Source: Pseudomonadota bacterium (GTDB lineage: Bacteria; Bdellovibrionota; FAC87; UBA2466). From it: 64,000 nucleotides of DNA. Under the pieces are notes generated by a model. That model searched no databases. It was given only the letters and a program-made list of their open reading frames with translations, and was not told where the DNA came from. A program made the translations under genes and the position numbers. Shown piece after piece: positions 18,769-27,905 of this stretch; position 1 is the stretch's first letter, and each line of letters opens with the position of its first letter. The stretch covers positions 9,732-73,731 of the forward strand of contig JAYUGC010000058.1 of the NCBI GenBank assembly GCA_043767805.1. Reading direction: 5' to 3'.

Positions 18769-20625
18769 TTGAAGTTCTATCGCCCAACTAAAAAGAACCT
18801 CTTGCGAGGCACTGTCATCGCTTTAGCACTTTGGGCGGCCTATTTCGTCGTCGCCAATTTGGTCCTGCGGGGGGATTGGCTAAAAGGACAGTTAGCCAGC
18901 TGGAAAGACGGCCGGTTAACGTTTCATTCCGCGTCCTCCCCGTTTCCGGGCTACCTCGTGGTTAAAGGTTTCAACATCCGGCACGAGGACGACAACGTTC
19001 GCTGGGGAGCCCAGATCGATACGGTCACTGCCTGGATAAATCCACTAGGGATTCTCATCAAGAGCGTCGACTTCCGGCGCATTCGAGGTGTACACGCGAA
19101 ATTCCAGCTCCGCCCCAAAGCCGCCGAGGCGAAGGCCTGCTTACCCAATATCGAGCCCATCCCCGGCCCCCGCCAAGTCGTCGAGACCGCGGAAGACAAA
19201 AAGCCGTCGGGAGTGACGTTTGCTTTTAACAGCATTGAGCTCACGGATTTTTCCGAGATTTGGGTGGATTGCTACCGCTTCCATGGAGAAGGGGAAGTCG
19301 ACGGTGGCTTTGTTCTCGCCTCCGGGCAATGGGCGCTTATTAAAGACTCGGACGTGAAGTTCAAGTCGGGCGCCATCGATCGGCCGAACGAAGGGCCTTT
19401 CATCCGCGCCGTGCACGGTAACGTCAACGCGGAAATCTCCCGTTTTCCCTCCGACGTCGAGAACAAGGCTTTTTTCTCTCACATAACGGCTCAAATCAAG
19501 CTGCACATGCAGGGGGCCTCCGTCGACATCCTGAAGCTCTACACCCATTCGCTGAAATGGCTCACCACCGAAAATAGCCCCGCCGACATGGAAATCGACG
19601 TCGGCATCAAGCAAGGCTATCTCACGGAAGGAAGCAGGGCCACGGCACGCGGCACTCAAATCGGCTTGGGCCTTTCGCGGTTTAAAATCGCCGGGGATTT
19701 GGAAGCCGATTTCTCGGTGCATGACAAACCGAAGCTGATGCTCTCGGCAGCGCCTTTCTCCATCATCGGTCAGGAAGAGGCGATTCGCGGAAAACGGTTG
19801 ATGGTCTCCTTGGTGAGCCAAACCCGCGAAGTCTACGAGGTGTCCCGCGAGCTCGCGTTCGACATCAACATGCCGGAAGCGCAGATCCTGAGCCTCAGGG
19901 ATCTCAACGCTTTTCTTCCCACCCCCGCCAATCTCAAAATTTTAGAGGGACGTGGCGTCCTCGATTTTCACCTGGCCTCCGGCGCCGAAGGGGAGTCGGG
20001 AAGGCTCGCCCTCGATCTCGACAAGCTCCGCGTTCAGCACGACAAAAAGCAGTATGAAGGAGATTTGGCTTTAGACATGCCACTCGAGCACTCGAGCTTT
20101 CAAGATGTCCGCTTTAGAACCCCCCGAACCTCCATCCGAATGCATTTGAAAGAGAGCGGCTCGGGCGCGAAAGTCTCGACGGGCACCGTCGACGTTCAAG
20201 GCGGGTTGTTTGATTTCGGCGACCGCCGCTACGGCGGTCATTTAGGCGTGGTCTTTTCCCAAAGCGCCCCGCTACTGGAGTTCATTGCAAAGGCGGCGAG
20301 CGTGCCCGGATTCGTCGGCAAAATGATGGGCGGCGATAACCTCGTCGCTCTCGCCGAAGTGGAAGCCGATCGCGATCGCATTCTCGTTCAGAATTTTCAG
20401 CTGAAAACCGGGTCGGTGGAAGTGAAGGGCGATGTTTGCGCGGCGCCGGCGCCACATCGTAAGGCCGCCATTCTCGTCTGGGCGGGACCTTTCGCCGTCG
20501 CGGCTTCCGTGAGGGGAGAGGAAAGCTCCGTCGTACTCCACGAAGCGGCGAAGTGGTTCAAGACCCACGGCTCTCAAAAACTGAGTTGCCTACCCGGGGA
20601 AGATTCCGAGTTTCACGGGGAGTAA
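18769..20625 (+). CDS. Membrane-anchored beta-rich envelope protein (AsmA-like, tentative)
   Basis: 618 aa with a single N-terminal TM helix followed by alternating beta-strand pattern. Confidence 0.55.
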   Translation: MKFYRPTKKNLLRGTVIALALWAAYFVVANLVLRGDWLKGQLASWKDGRLTFHSASSPFPGYLVVKGFNIRHEDDNVRWGAQIDTVTAWINPLGILIKSVDFRRIRGVHAKFQLRPKAAEAKACLPNIEPIPGPRQVVETAEDKKPSGVTFAFNSIELTDFSEIWVDCYRFHGEGEVDGGFVLASGQWALIKDSDVKFKSGAIDRPNEGPFIRAVHGNVNAEISRFPSDVENKAFFSHITAQIKLHMQGASVDILKLYTHSLKWLTTENSPADMEIDVGIKQGYLTEGSRATARGTQIGLGLSRFKIAGDLEADFSVHDKPKLMLSAAPFSIIGQEEAIRGKRLMVSLVSQTREVYEVSRELAFDINMPEAQILSLRDLNAFLPTPANLKILEGRGVLDFHLASGAEGESGRLALDLDKLRVQHDKKQYEGDLALDMPLEHSSFQDVRFRTPRTSIRMHLKESGSGAKVSTGTVDVQGGLFDFGDRRYGGHLGVVFSQSAPLLEFIAKAASVPGFVGKMMGGDNLVALAEVEADRDRILVQNFQLKTGSVEVKGDVCAAPAPHRKAAILVWAGPFAVAASVRGEESSVVLHEAAKWFKTHGSQKLSCLPGEDSEFHGE

Positions 20626-21692
20626 CCGGGAATCGGCGCCCAAGTGCACTCGGGCGAGCTGCCTCCGCTGTGTACTTCACTGCAGCATTTCAAGACGGTC
20701 TCCTTGGCGCGGCCGTATTTCTGATGCCAAGCGCTCCAGTCCATCGAGGAGCCGGAGAGTCCGGGCGCCATCCAGTAGGCGAGCTTCCAGTCGATGCCTT
20801 CCACCCGCACTTGTTTTCCGTCTTTAATGACGATGGAATCAAGAGCGCCCAAGACTGTGCTTTCGTGACCGAAGTCCTTGGCGACTCCCATGGCGTCGGC
20901 GGCCCAGCTGAGACAGGTGCGTCCGGAAGTGAGCCGATGGCAGGAAGTACAAGACGCCGCGCTCGTGGCGGTGAGCATCTGATATCCCACCGCTTGCGGG
21001 GGACCTTTCAGCATGACGCGGGCGAAGGGTCCTTTGGTGTAGCCGCCCGTTTTCCAGGGAGTCGATTTGAGAAAAGGCGTGTAGAGAAACGGATCGTTGT
21101 CGTGGCAGTAAATGCAGCCGCCGCCCTCGGTAATGTTGAAGTGGCGGCCAAACTCCGTGACTTCCGCTTCGGGCGCGCGCCCGATATCCAAGGAGGGAAG
21201 ATTTTTACCGGCGATGGCGCCGCTGTAATTTTCCCACCAGCACGTAGCGCCCGTCCTTTGGTTGCTCGCAATGACCGCAACTTTGTCGAAGGGCACCGTC
21301 GGATCGGCGTACTGCTTCGTGTAGGTATTGCGGCGGCAGATCCATTTGACGTTGATGTCGCCGTGCGTGAGCTGGCCGAGCCGGCTTCCGGGCGAGCAGG
21401 AACCGCCAAAGAGAGCCGGGTTGTGACAGGCCTCGACCGCGTCGGTAACGGGCTCCAGGCGCGTCGGCGTGCCGGGGCGCGAGCGATAGACTTGGATGGC
21501 TACTCCTTCGGCGCACTGGAGCTCGGCACGGGAAGGGAGCCAGTCGTCGAAGGCTGCGCGGCATTTGCAAGAGTAGCAGCGGGCTTCGGCGCCCGGAGTC
21601 GAAAGGTCGGCACATAGATCGGCGCAGCCTAGGGCGGCGCGTGCCGAGGGGATGTGTCCCGACAGAGCAAGAAGCAGCAGCACGCGGACCAT
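20613..21692 (-). CDS. Secreted Cys-rich protein with two CxxCH heme-binding motifs
   Basis: Signal peptide; CIYCH and CTSCH plus many additional Cys. Confidence 0.7.
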   Translation of the reverse strand: MVRVLLLLALSGHIPSARAALGCADLCADLSTPGAEARCYSCKCRAAFDDWLPSRAELQCAEGVAIQVYRSRPGTPTRLEPVTDAVEACHNPALFGGSCSPGSRLGQLTHGDINVKWICRRNTYTKQYADPTVPFDKVAVIASNQRTGATCWWENYSGAIAGKNLPSLDIGRAPEAEVTEFGRHFNITEGGGCIYCHDNDPFLYTPFLKSTPWKTGGYTKGPFARVMLKGPPQAVGYQMLTATSAASCTSCHRLTSGRTCLSWAADAMGVAKDFGHESTVLGALDSIVIKDGKQVRVEGIDWKLAYWMAPGLSGSSMDWSAWHQKYGRAKETVLKCCSEVHSGGSSPECTWAPIPGYSP

Positions 21693-21701
21693 GCTGCTAT
21701 T

Positions 21702-22165
21702 TTACCTTACTGTGAAGTGCTTTCCGATGTAGGCGTACCGAAACTCGAAGATCGACTTCAGATTGCGCGCCACGAAGGGACCCGCGAGCAAAGCCCCCAG
21801 CCAGCCGCCGGGTACCTGGTACTCCACTTCATCCGTAATGAGCGTTCCCTTTCCGAGAGTCTCGAAAAGGTGAGTGTGGTGCCACCAGCGGTACGGGCCC
21901 TTGATTTGGCGATCGACGAAACGTTTTCCCGGCTCCCACTTCTCGATGCTGGACTGCCAGCGCACGGGCAAGCCGTGCACGCGCAAGGCGTAGTCGATGA
22001 GGGTGCCTTCGCCGATGGCCTCGGTCGATTTGCCCACGACACGGAAATGCATCCAGGGCGGGGTCAAAGCCTCGAGATTTTTCTCATCGGCGTAAAAAGC
22101 GAAGACTTCCGCTAGGGGGAGAGGGATCCATTGCTCAACTCGGATTTCTTCGACGGGCTGCCGGC
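21702..22165 (-). CDS. SRPBCC-family domain (N-terminus reachable only by frameshift from the upstream gene; track start TTG 22067)
   Basis: The frame is open from the A9 run: SRQPVEEIRVEQWIPLPLAEVFAFYADEKNLEALTPPWMHF...FVDRQIKGPYRWWHHTHLF...IFEFR. Confidence 0.8.
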
Positions 22166-23083
22166 TTTTTTTTTAACCAGGTCCGCGAGAGCCGAGGTCA
22201 GCCTGGGAAACCGATAAACGAATCCGCTTTGCGCGGCTCGCTCGGGGAGAACTTTCTGGCTTCCGAGCAGGAGGCCCGACAATTCTCCCAAGACGAGCTT
22301 CAGGCCAAACGCGGGCGCCGGCAAAAAGGCCGGGCGATTCAAAGCGCGCCCCAGATCCTTGGTGAACTCGCCGTTGGTGAGTGGGCTCGGGCTCACGGCG
22401 TTGACGATGCCTTGGATATTCTCATGCTTCCAAGCGTGCAAGAAGAGACTAACCAGATCCTCCACGTGAATCCAGCTCATGGACTGCTGGCCGTTACCGA
22501 GCGGCCCCGCGAGACCCGTCTTGAAGATCGGAAGCACTTTTTTCAGCATGCCACCCTCGCGACCCAGCACGATGCCGATCCGAAGGGAGACGACTCGCAG
22601 GCCCGAGACCGAAGCGAGTTGCTCTTCCTTTTCCCAGTCGCGGCAGACCTCGGCGAGAAAGCCCGTGCCCACCGACGAGCTTTCGGTCAGGTTCTCGGAA
22701 CCGCGATCGCCGTAAAAGCCGATGGCCGAGGCGCTAATGAGCGCCGTGGGCTTTGGTCCAGTCATCGCGTGGACCGCTTCCACCAAATGGCGCGTGCCCA
22801 AGACGCGAGAGTCGTAAATCTTCTTTTTTTGTTTTTCGGTCCAACGCTTGTCGGCAACCCCTTCGCCAGCTAGATGGAAAATGGCTTGGACGCCGTCGAG
22901 GGCGGCCGCGGGCGGCCTTTCCTTTTCGGGATGCCAAGCGAAAGCAGTGACGGGTGCTGCGATCTTCTCGCCGACCGTGTCGGGATTTCGGGAAAGGACG
23001 TTGACGGTATGTCCCTCGCGGGTGAGCTCTCGCACCAGTTTTTTGCCAACGAACCCGGTAGCGCCAGTGACCAATACTTTCAT
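22112..23083 (-). CDS. TIGR01777-family NAD-dependent epimerase/dehydratase
   Basis: TGATGFVG, HLAGE, SRVLGT, SASAIGFYG, LRIGIVL, SWIHVEDL. Confidence 0.92.
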   Translation of the reverse strand: MKVLVTGATGFVGKKLVRELTREGHTVNVLSRNPDTVGEKIAAPVTAFAWHPEKERPPAAALDGVQAIFHLAGEGVADKRWTEKQKKKIYDSRVLGTRHLVEAVHAMTGPKPTALISASAIGFYGDRGSENLTESSSVGTGFLAEVCRDWEKEEQLASVSGLRVVSLRIGIVLGREGGMLKKVLPIFKTGLAGPLGNGQQSMSWIHVEDLVSLFLHAWKHENIQGIVNAVSPSPLTNGEFTKDLGRALNRPAFLPAPAFGLKLVLGELSGLLLGSQKVLPERAAQSGFVYRFPRLTSALADLVKKKAGSPSKKSELSNGSLSP

Positions 23084-23133
23084 AGGCCTAACCTACCTCT
23101 GATGGCTCACGAAAGTCACCGATCTCAAGCGGC

Positions 23134-23757
23134 TTACTTCGGCGTAATGCCGGCCGCGACCGTAATCACGCACATGGGGCTATGGACCGGGTGCGGACCG
23201 CAAGCGATGCCCGTAAGGCGGTAGTCGGGATCGAGAAGAATTTTGCGGTGGCCGCGGCTTGCGACTCCGTCATCGACGACGAGAGCGGCGAGCATGTCTT
23301 TGCCCTGGTTATCGCCGAAGGCGCCGTACCCGATGCACTCTCCGCTCTTTCCGAGGGGAGTGCCGTACTTGAGCAGCCGCGAATGAGGCGTGCTGCCATC
23401 CTTGCCGTCGTGACCGGTGCCGCCGGTTTTTGCTTGAGCATTGGCGTGGTCTTGCGCGGCGCGGGTCAGCGGAGCCGAGGGCTTTAATTGGCTTAAGGGT
23501 TTAGTGGATTTCAAAACGGCAATGGCCTCGTCGACGGCCGCTACACCCTCCTGAGTGGCCAGCAGCAGGGTGGGCGACAAACGGATCTTTTTCCCTTCGA
23601 ACCTTTTCTTCATGTCGGTGAGATAGGGAATGAGGGAGCTCGGGTTTTCGCGCATTTCATTGAGAGCGGCATGCAGCTGTTTCGCGAGCGAAGGGGGCTT
23701 GGCCGAGACTGGTATTGAAACGCAAAAAATGCCGAGCGCGAGCTGAAAAAGTTTCAT
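23134..23757 (-). CDS. Secreted CAP/SCP-domain protein
   Basis: Signal peptide from ATG 23757; LTRAAQDHA, GHDG, GECIGYG, VDDGVASRGHRKILL. Confidence 0.85.
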   Translation of the reverse strand: MKLFQLALGIFCVSIPVSAKPPSLAKQLHAALNEMRENPSSLIPYLTDMKKRFEGKKIRLSPTLLLATQEGVAAVDEAIAVLKSTKPLSQLKPSAPLTRAAQDHANAQAKTGGTGHDGKDGSTPHSRLLKYGTPLGKSGECIGYGAFGDNQGKDMLAALVVDDGVASRGHRKILLDPDYRLTGIACGPHPVHSPMCVITVAAGITPK

Positions 23758-23868
23758 GCTTCGGTACTTTAATCTCTCGCCGACAAAAGAGGGAACGGTT
23801 TTTGCTTTCACTTCGGACCAAGTAACCCTTGCGGCCCTCGAGGCCGCTTGAAATGAAGGAGACCGGAA

Positions 23869-24072
23869 ATGGCTAATAATCAAGGAGCGCAACGGAAACA
23901 AGAAGCGGGAACGGACGAAGATTCCGACAAAAATACTGGCCGCCAGAATCTTAATCAGCGCGATGGAAGCGTCGGACAGGGCGGCGGCAAAATGAATCAG
24001 AAACCGGGCCAAAACCAAGGAGCCGATAATAAATCGCAGGGAAAAAGCAAACAGGGTGGCGGAAATCGCTAA
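23869..24072 (+). CDS. Small hydrophilin-like (G/Q/N/K-rich) stress protein
   Basis: GAAGGAG RBS; 67 aa with almost no hydrophobic residues; followed by a hairpin. Confidence 0.6.
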   Translation: MANNQGAQRKQEAGTDEDSDKNTGRQNLNQRDGSVGQGGGKMNQKPGQNQGADNKSQGKSKQGGGNR

Positions 24073-24124
24073 AGGCATCCCGTAGCGAAGCTGTAACGAT
24101 TCTCTACGAGTCGTTTAGCATAGA

Positions 24125-24165
24125 GAGGGCGTCTAAAAGTGTCGACACACTTTTTAGACGCCCTC
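24125..24165. terminator. Hairpin between convergent genes
   Basis: GAGGGCGTCTAAAAGTGT-CGAC-ACACTTTTTAGACGCCCTC. Confidence 0.65.
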
Positions 24166-24196
24166 GTTTGTGGGTTGATGAAGTTGTTTTAAAGTC

Positions 24197-24733
24197 TTAC
24201 ATGCCGAAGAGGGCCAGAAAGCCCATGATGATCGGCAACATCGTAATGACCGCCTGAATGATCGGCGCGAACTGAGGCGCAATCGCCATCACGAAGGGAA
24301 GCGCCGCCGTAAGAATTGCCGCGATGGAGCTAAGATCGAACTTCGCTTGGGTCGCGCTGCCCGAAGCCGTCTGCACGACGGCGCGAGCGACCGCGAAGGG
24401 TTTCTTCCCTTGCGAGAGAAGCGTCACGACCTGATTCAGGACCGCGGTGTTCACCGAGCCATCGGCTTGAATCGCGCCGCGGCCTTTCGAGGGAACCTTC
24501 ACGGTGCCAGACTGAACGAGATCTTGAATGAGATCGCTCAGGCCAGTGACGGTAACCGCTTTGGCGGCTTCCGCGGCCGGGGCGGCGGCGACTTGCTCTT
24601 CGGTTTGGACTTGAGCGAGCACGCCGATCGCTTCGCTCTGGCTCATTTGATTGGCGAAACCCGTGGGGTTCTTACCGCACGCGGTCGCTAGCAAAAGGGA
24701 AAGGACCATCAAGGCATAGGTATATTTCTGCAT
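24197..24733 (-). CDS. Lipoprotein with hydrophobic C-terminal helices
   Basis: Lipobox LATA^C; C-terminal ~45 aa almost entirely apolar. Confidence 0.7.
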   Translation of the reverse strand: MQKYTYALMVLSLLLATACGKNPTGFANQMSQSEAIGVLAQVQTEEQVAAAPAAEAAKAVTVTGLSDLIQDLVQSGTVKVPSKGRGAIQADGSVNTAVLNQVVTLLSQGKKPFAVARAVVQTASGSATQAKFDLSSIAAILTAALPFVMAIAPQFAPIIQAVITMLPIIMGFLALFGM

Positions 24734-24968
24734 ACACGTTCTCCGAAAGCTTGGCTCTATAAGGCCAGCGGGTTGTTAATTGTAGTAGGGGAGGCGCTTA
24801 CAGACTGCGGTAAGCTGACGTGCTGCTTTATTGATTCTGCGATCAGATAGTCGGTGGGTTATGCCGGCATTGTGGAGAAGGGCCGCGATTTCCCGTCTAG
24901 AAAGTTGACACTCGCCTCCGTGGACCTAGGCTTAGGCCATGTTATATCTCAAAGAGAGGGGAGGCCGT

Positions 24969-26513
24969 ATGTGGGCGAGGATTAGCGCTTTGGCCGTATT
25001 GGGGCTAGCGGGAATTTCCGCGGCGGAGATACTTTCCTCTCGCCCTTTGTTTTTTGGGGTTCCGGTGATGGCGCCGAGCACGGCGGTGTGTTTCGCGCTT
25101 CTCTCGGCCGCTCTCCTCGGATTTTCCTGGCTTCCATCACGGCTCAGCTGGCTTTGCGCCATTCCCGTCGCGGGCGTTTTGGCCATCGTCGTGTTCTTCT
25201 CCGGAGTGGGCCGCGTGGCGATGAACCCGGTGACGGAGGTGGTCCTCGTTCCTTGCGCCGTCGCGTTCCTTTTTGGAATGTTCGCGACTCGGCGAGCGAT
25301 CCTCGGCCATTTGGCGGGTCTCATCACCTCGCTCTTGGTTTTTTTGAGCGCGACTTGGGTTTTAGGTTACGTCTACGGGACGCCCGTCGTGTTCGTCTCG
25401 ACCGGAGTCGCACTTAAGCTCATCACCGCCGCCGCGTTCTTACTGTTCAGCTTGGCTTTCATCGCGGCCTTGGGAGGCGGCTACCTTCCGCTAGTTTGGT
25501 TCAGGGGAAGCTCGCCCCGGGCGCGCCTTCTGCGCTCTCTCATTCCCACCGTTTCGATCTTGGTGATCGTGGAGGGCATCGCGTCTCATTTCATCTCGCT
25601 GTCTTTTCCGTTAAACGCCGCGTCTCTTTCCATGGGCCTGAATTTGGTTTTGGTGGTGCTTCTGGTGCTCGCCATCACTTCGACCGCCCGAAGCTTGGGC
25701 GTGCAGATCGATCAAGCCGTATCGGCCCGTCAGAACGCGGAGACCGCGCTTAGGCAAGCGATCGAAGGCTTGGAAGTCACCGTGCAAGAGCGTACCACCG
25801 AGCTCAAGCGTTCCAACGAGTCCCTCGAGCAGTTCGCGCGGGTCGCCTCTCACGATTTGCAGGAGCCGCTGCGTAAGATTCGAGCCTTCGGCGATTTGCT
25901 CATGAAAAAATTGGGCGACGCTCCCCATCCCGACGCGAAGGACTATCTGATCCGCATGCAGAATGCGTCTCGCCGGATGAGCGCCCTCATCGATGCGCTC
26001 CTTAACTATTCGCGGGTGACCACCAAGGCGCTACCGCCATCGCCCGTCAATCTCGACGGCATCTTCGAGGACGTGCTCTCCGATCTGGAGATTAAGATTC
26101 AGGACACGAAGGCCGTCATCGAAAAGGGTCACTTGCCCGTGGTGGAAGGCGACGCCATGCAGATGCGCCAGCTCTTCCAAAATCTCCTCGGGAACGCGCT
26201 GAAATTCCACAAGGCCGAAGTGCCTCCCGTGATCAAAGTGAGCACGGTAAAGCAGGGGGACCGGTGGGAGTTCAAGTTCGAGGACAATGGCATCGGCTTC
26301 GATCCGAAGTACGCCAATAAGATCTTCCAGGTGTTCGAGCGGCTACACGGCCGAAATGAGTACGAAGGCACCGGCATTGGGCTCGCCATCTGCAAAAAGA
26401 TAGTCGACCGCCATCACGGGAATCTCATCGCGGAAGGAAGGCCGGGCGACGGAGCCACCTTCACGTTCACGCTGCCCACGACTCAAGGCTCGCGCTGGGC
26501 TCAAGCCGCCTGA
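24969..26513 (+). CDS. Multi-TM sensor histidine kinase
   Basis: About 8 TM segments; FARVASHDLQEPLRKI, QNLLGNALKF, DNGIGF, GTGIGLA; GGAGG before ATG 24969. Confidence 0.92.
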   Translation: MWARISALAVLGLAGISAAEILSSRPLFFGVPVMAPSTAVCFALLSAALLGFSWLPSRLSWLCAIPVAGVLAIVVFFSGVGRVAMNPVTEVVLVPCAVAFLFGMFATRRAILGHLAGLITSLLVFLSATWVLGYVYGTPVVFVSTGVALKLITAAAFLLFSLAFIAALGGGYLPLVWFRGSSPRARLLRSLIPTVSILVIVEGIASHFISLSFPLNAASLSMGLNLVLVVLLVLAITSTARSLGVQIDQAVSARQNAETALRQAIEGLEVTVQERTTELKRSNESLEQFARVASHDLQEPLRKIRAFGDLLMKKLGDAPHPDAKDYLIRMQNASRRMSALIDALLNYSRVTTKALPPSPVNLDGIFEDVLSDLEIKIQDTKAVIEKGHLPVVEGDAMQMRQLFQNLLGNALKFHKAEVPPVIKVSTVKQGDRWEFKFEDNGIGFDPKYANKIFQVFERLHGRNEYEGTGIGLAICKKIVDRHHGNLIAEGRPGDGATFTFTLPTTQGSRWAQAA

Positions 26514-27193
26514 TGTTTCGCTTCTAACCGCGGCGGTGCCGAGGGCGAAACGCTCTGGCCGAGATTCGCATTCGCGTTCTCATTCCAGGAGGATTTTTTC
26601 ATCTGCTCCGTCAAGCGATTCAGAATATTCGCGGCGGAGAGAATCGCCTTCGCGTAATGCGATTGCTCCTCCGACAAAGTGGTGCGAGACAGCATCTCGC
26701 TCATCATCAAAATCGCATTGGAGACGGGCCGGAATTCTTCCCCCAGCTTTTCTAAAGTCTGCACGCGCTCGCGGTAAGCGCTTTGCTGGCTGAGCCGTTG
26801 CTGCATGCGCTGGCGCTCCATGCCGTAGCGCACGACGCGCTCCAAAATCGCCGGATAGAGAAAATCTTTGTTCAGATAGTCCGCTGCGCCGAGATTCATG
26901 CACTCGACGTCGGTCTCGTGCAGGCCAAGGCTCGTCAGCATGACGATCGGGGCGAGGGTGCCGAGGGCGCGGGCCTCGTGCAAAATCTCGGTACCTTCCC
27001 GGGGGCCGATTTGATAGTCGACCAGATAAACGTCGTGCTCGCCCCGCGCCAACGCGACCTTTCCCTCTTCGATGGAGCTGACCCAGTCCAGTTTGTATTT
27101 GGTTCCGCGAATTTCCGACAGACACCCGCGCAAGAGCACGTAGGCGTCTTCCTGATCATCCACCAGAAGCAGTTTGATAGGCGACTGAGCCAT
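26501..27193 (-). CDS. Receiver-domain protein with degenerate C-terminal HisKA-like helices
   Basis: LLVDD, YLVDY, GAADYLNK; the tail resembles a DHp domain but has no His and no ATPase domain. Confidence 0.8.
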   Translation of the reverse strand: MAQSPIKLLLVDDQEDAYVLLRGCLSEIRGTKYKLDWVSSIEEGKVALARGEHDVYLVDYQIGPREGTEILHEARALGTLAPIVMLTSLGLHETDVECMNLGAADYLNKDFLYPAILERVVRYGMERQRMQQRLSQQSAYRERVQTLEKLGEEFRPVSNAILMMSEMLSRTTLSEEQSHYAKAILSAANILNRLTEQMKKSSWNENANANLGQSVSPSAPPRLEAKHQAA

Positions 27194-27644
27194 TTTGGTT
27201 ATCTCCGGGTAATTCGACGATCTCGAGCCAATATTTCGAAAGCGTGGCGAGGGTTTCCACCAAAGCCTGAAAGGAAACGGGCTTCGTCACGAAGGAGTTC
27301 ACGCCGAGGTCATAGGATCGAAAAATATCCTGCTCGGCTTGCGAAGTGGTGAGCACCACGACGGGAATGCGGCGGAGCGTGGGGTCGGCCTTGATTTCCC
27401 GAAGCGCTTCGTACCCGTCTTTACGGGGCATGTTGAGGTCCAGGAGAATGATGCCCGGGTGCGGGTACTTCGTTCGGTCGGAGTACTTACCGGAGTGATG
27501 GAGGTACTCCATCAGTTCCTCGCCATCCTCGACGAAGCGGAGCTCGTTGACGAGTCTACCTTCTTCCAGGGCCATCTTCGTCATCATGCGATCCTCTTCG
27601 TCGTCGTCGGCGACAAGAATCGTGATGCCGTTAGTCGCCGGCAT
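27156..27644 (-). CDS. Single-domain response regulator (Rcp1-like)
   Basis: ILVADDD, ILLDLNMPRKDG, IPVVVLTTS, YDLGVNSFVTKP; AGGAGG RBS. Confidence 0.93.
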   Translation of the reverse strand: MPATNGITILVADDDEEDRMMTKMALEEGRLVNELRFVEDGEELMEYLHHSGKYSDRTKYPHPGIILLDLNMPRKDGYEALREIKADPTLRRIPVVVLTTSQAEQDIFRSYDLGVNSFVTKPVSFQALVETLATLSKYWLEIVELPGDNQNGSVAYQTASGG

Positions 27645-27729
27645 GCCGAGCCTCCTACTCCTTTAAAGTTAAGGCTGACGTCGGAAAAAAGCAAACTTCG
27701 GAATGTTTAGATGAGGTCGGTAGGGAGAG

Positions 27730-27786
27730 AAAAAAAAGGACCCACTCCCAACCCGACGGGCCGTGTGCCGAGTTGGGAGCGGGCCT
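27730..27786 (-). terminator. Strong intrinsic terminator
   Basis: On the - strand, AGGCCCGCTCCCAACTCGGC pairs with GTCGGGTTGGGAGTGGGTCCT (~20 bp, three G-U pairs), followed by U8. Confidence 0.8.
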
Positions 27787-27789
27787 TGC

Positions 27790-27887
27790 TTTAGCAAGAC
27801 TTCGAACGAGGTGCTCTCTATAAGAGCGGGGTATCCGCCTCGTTTCTCTATAGTCTTATTAAACCTGAGCGGCCTGAGGGGTGCCGC
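27790..27887 (-). ncRNA. Candidate structured RNA element (family unknown)
   Basis: Nested stems TTTAATAAGACT/AGTCTTGCTAAA and AACGAGG/CCTCGTT with inner hairpins, directly upstream of the terminator. Confidence 0.35.
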
Positions 27888-27905
27888 GTAACAAGTTTGG
27901 CGGGA

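Noticed and set aside
23757..24078. Long hydrophobic N-terminal extension of the CAP ORF
   Set aside because: It is the antisense of the small hydrophilic gene 23869-24072; a proper signal peptide starts at ATG 23757.
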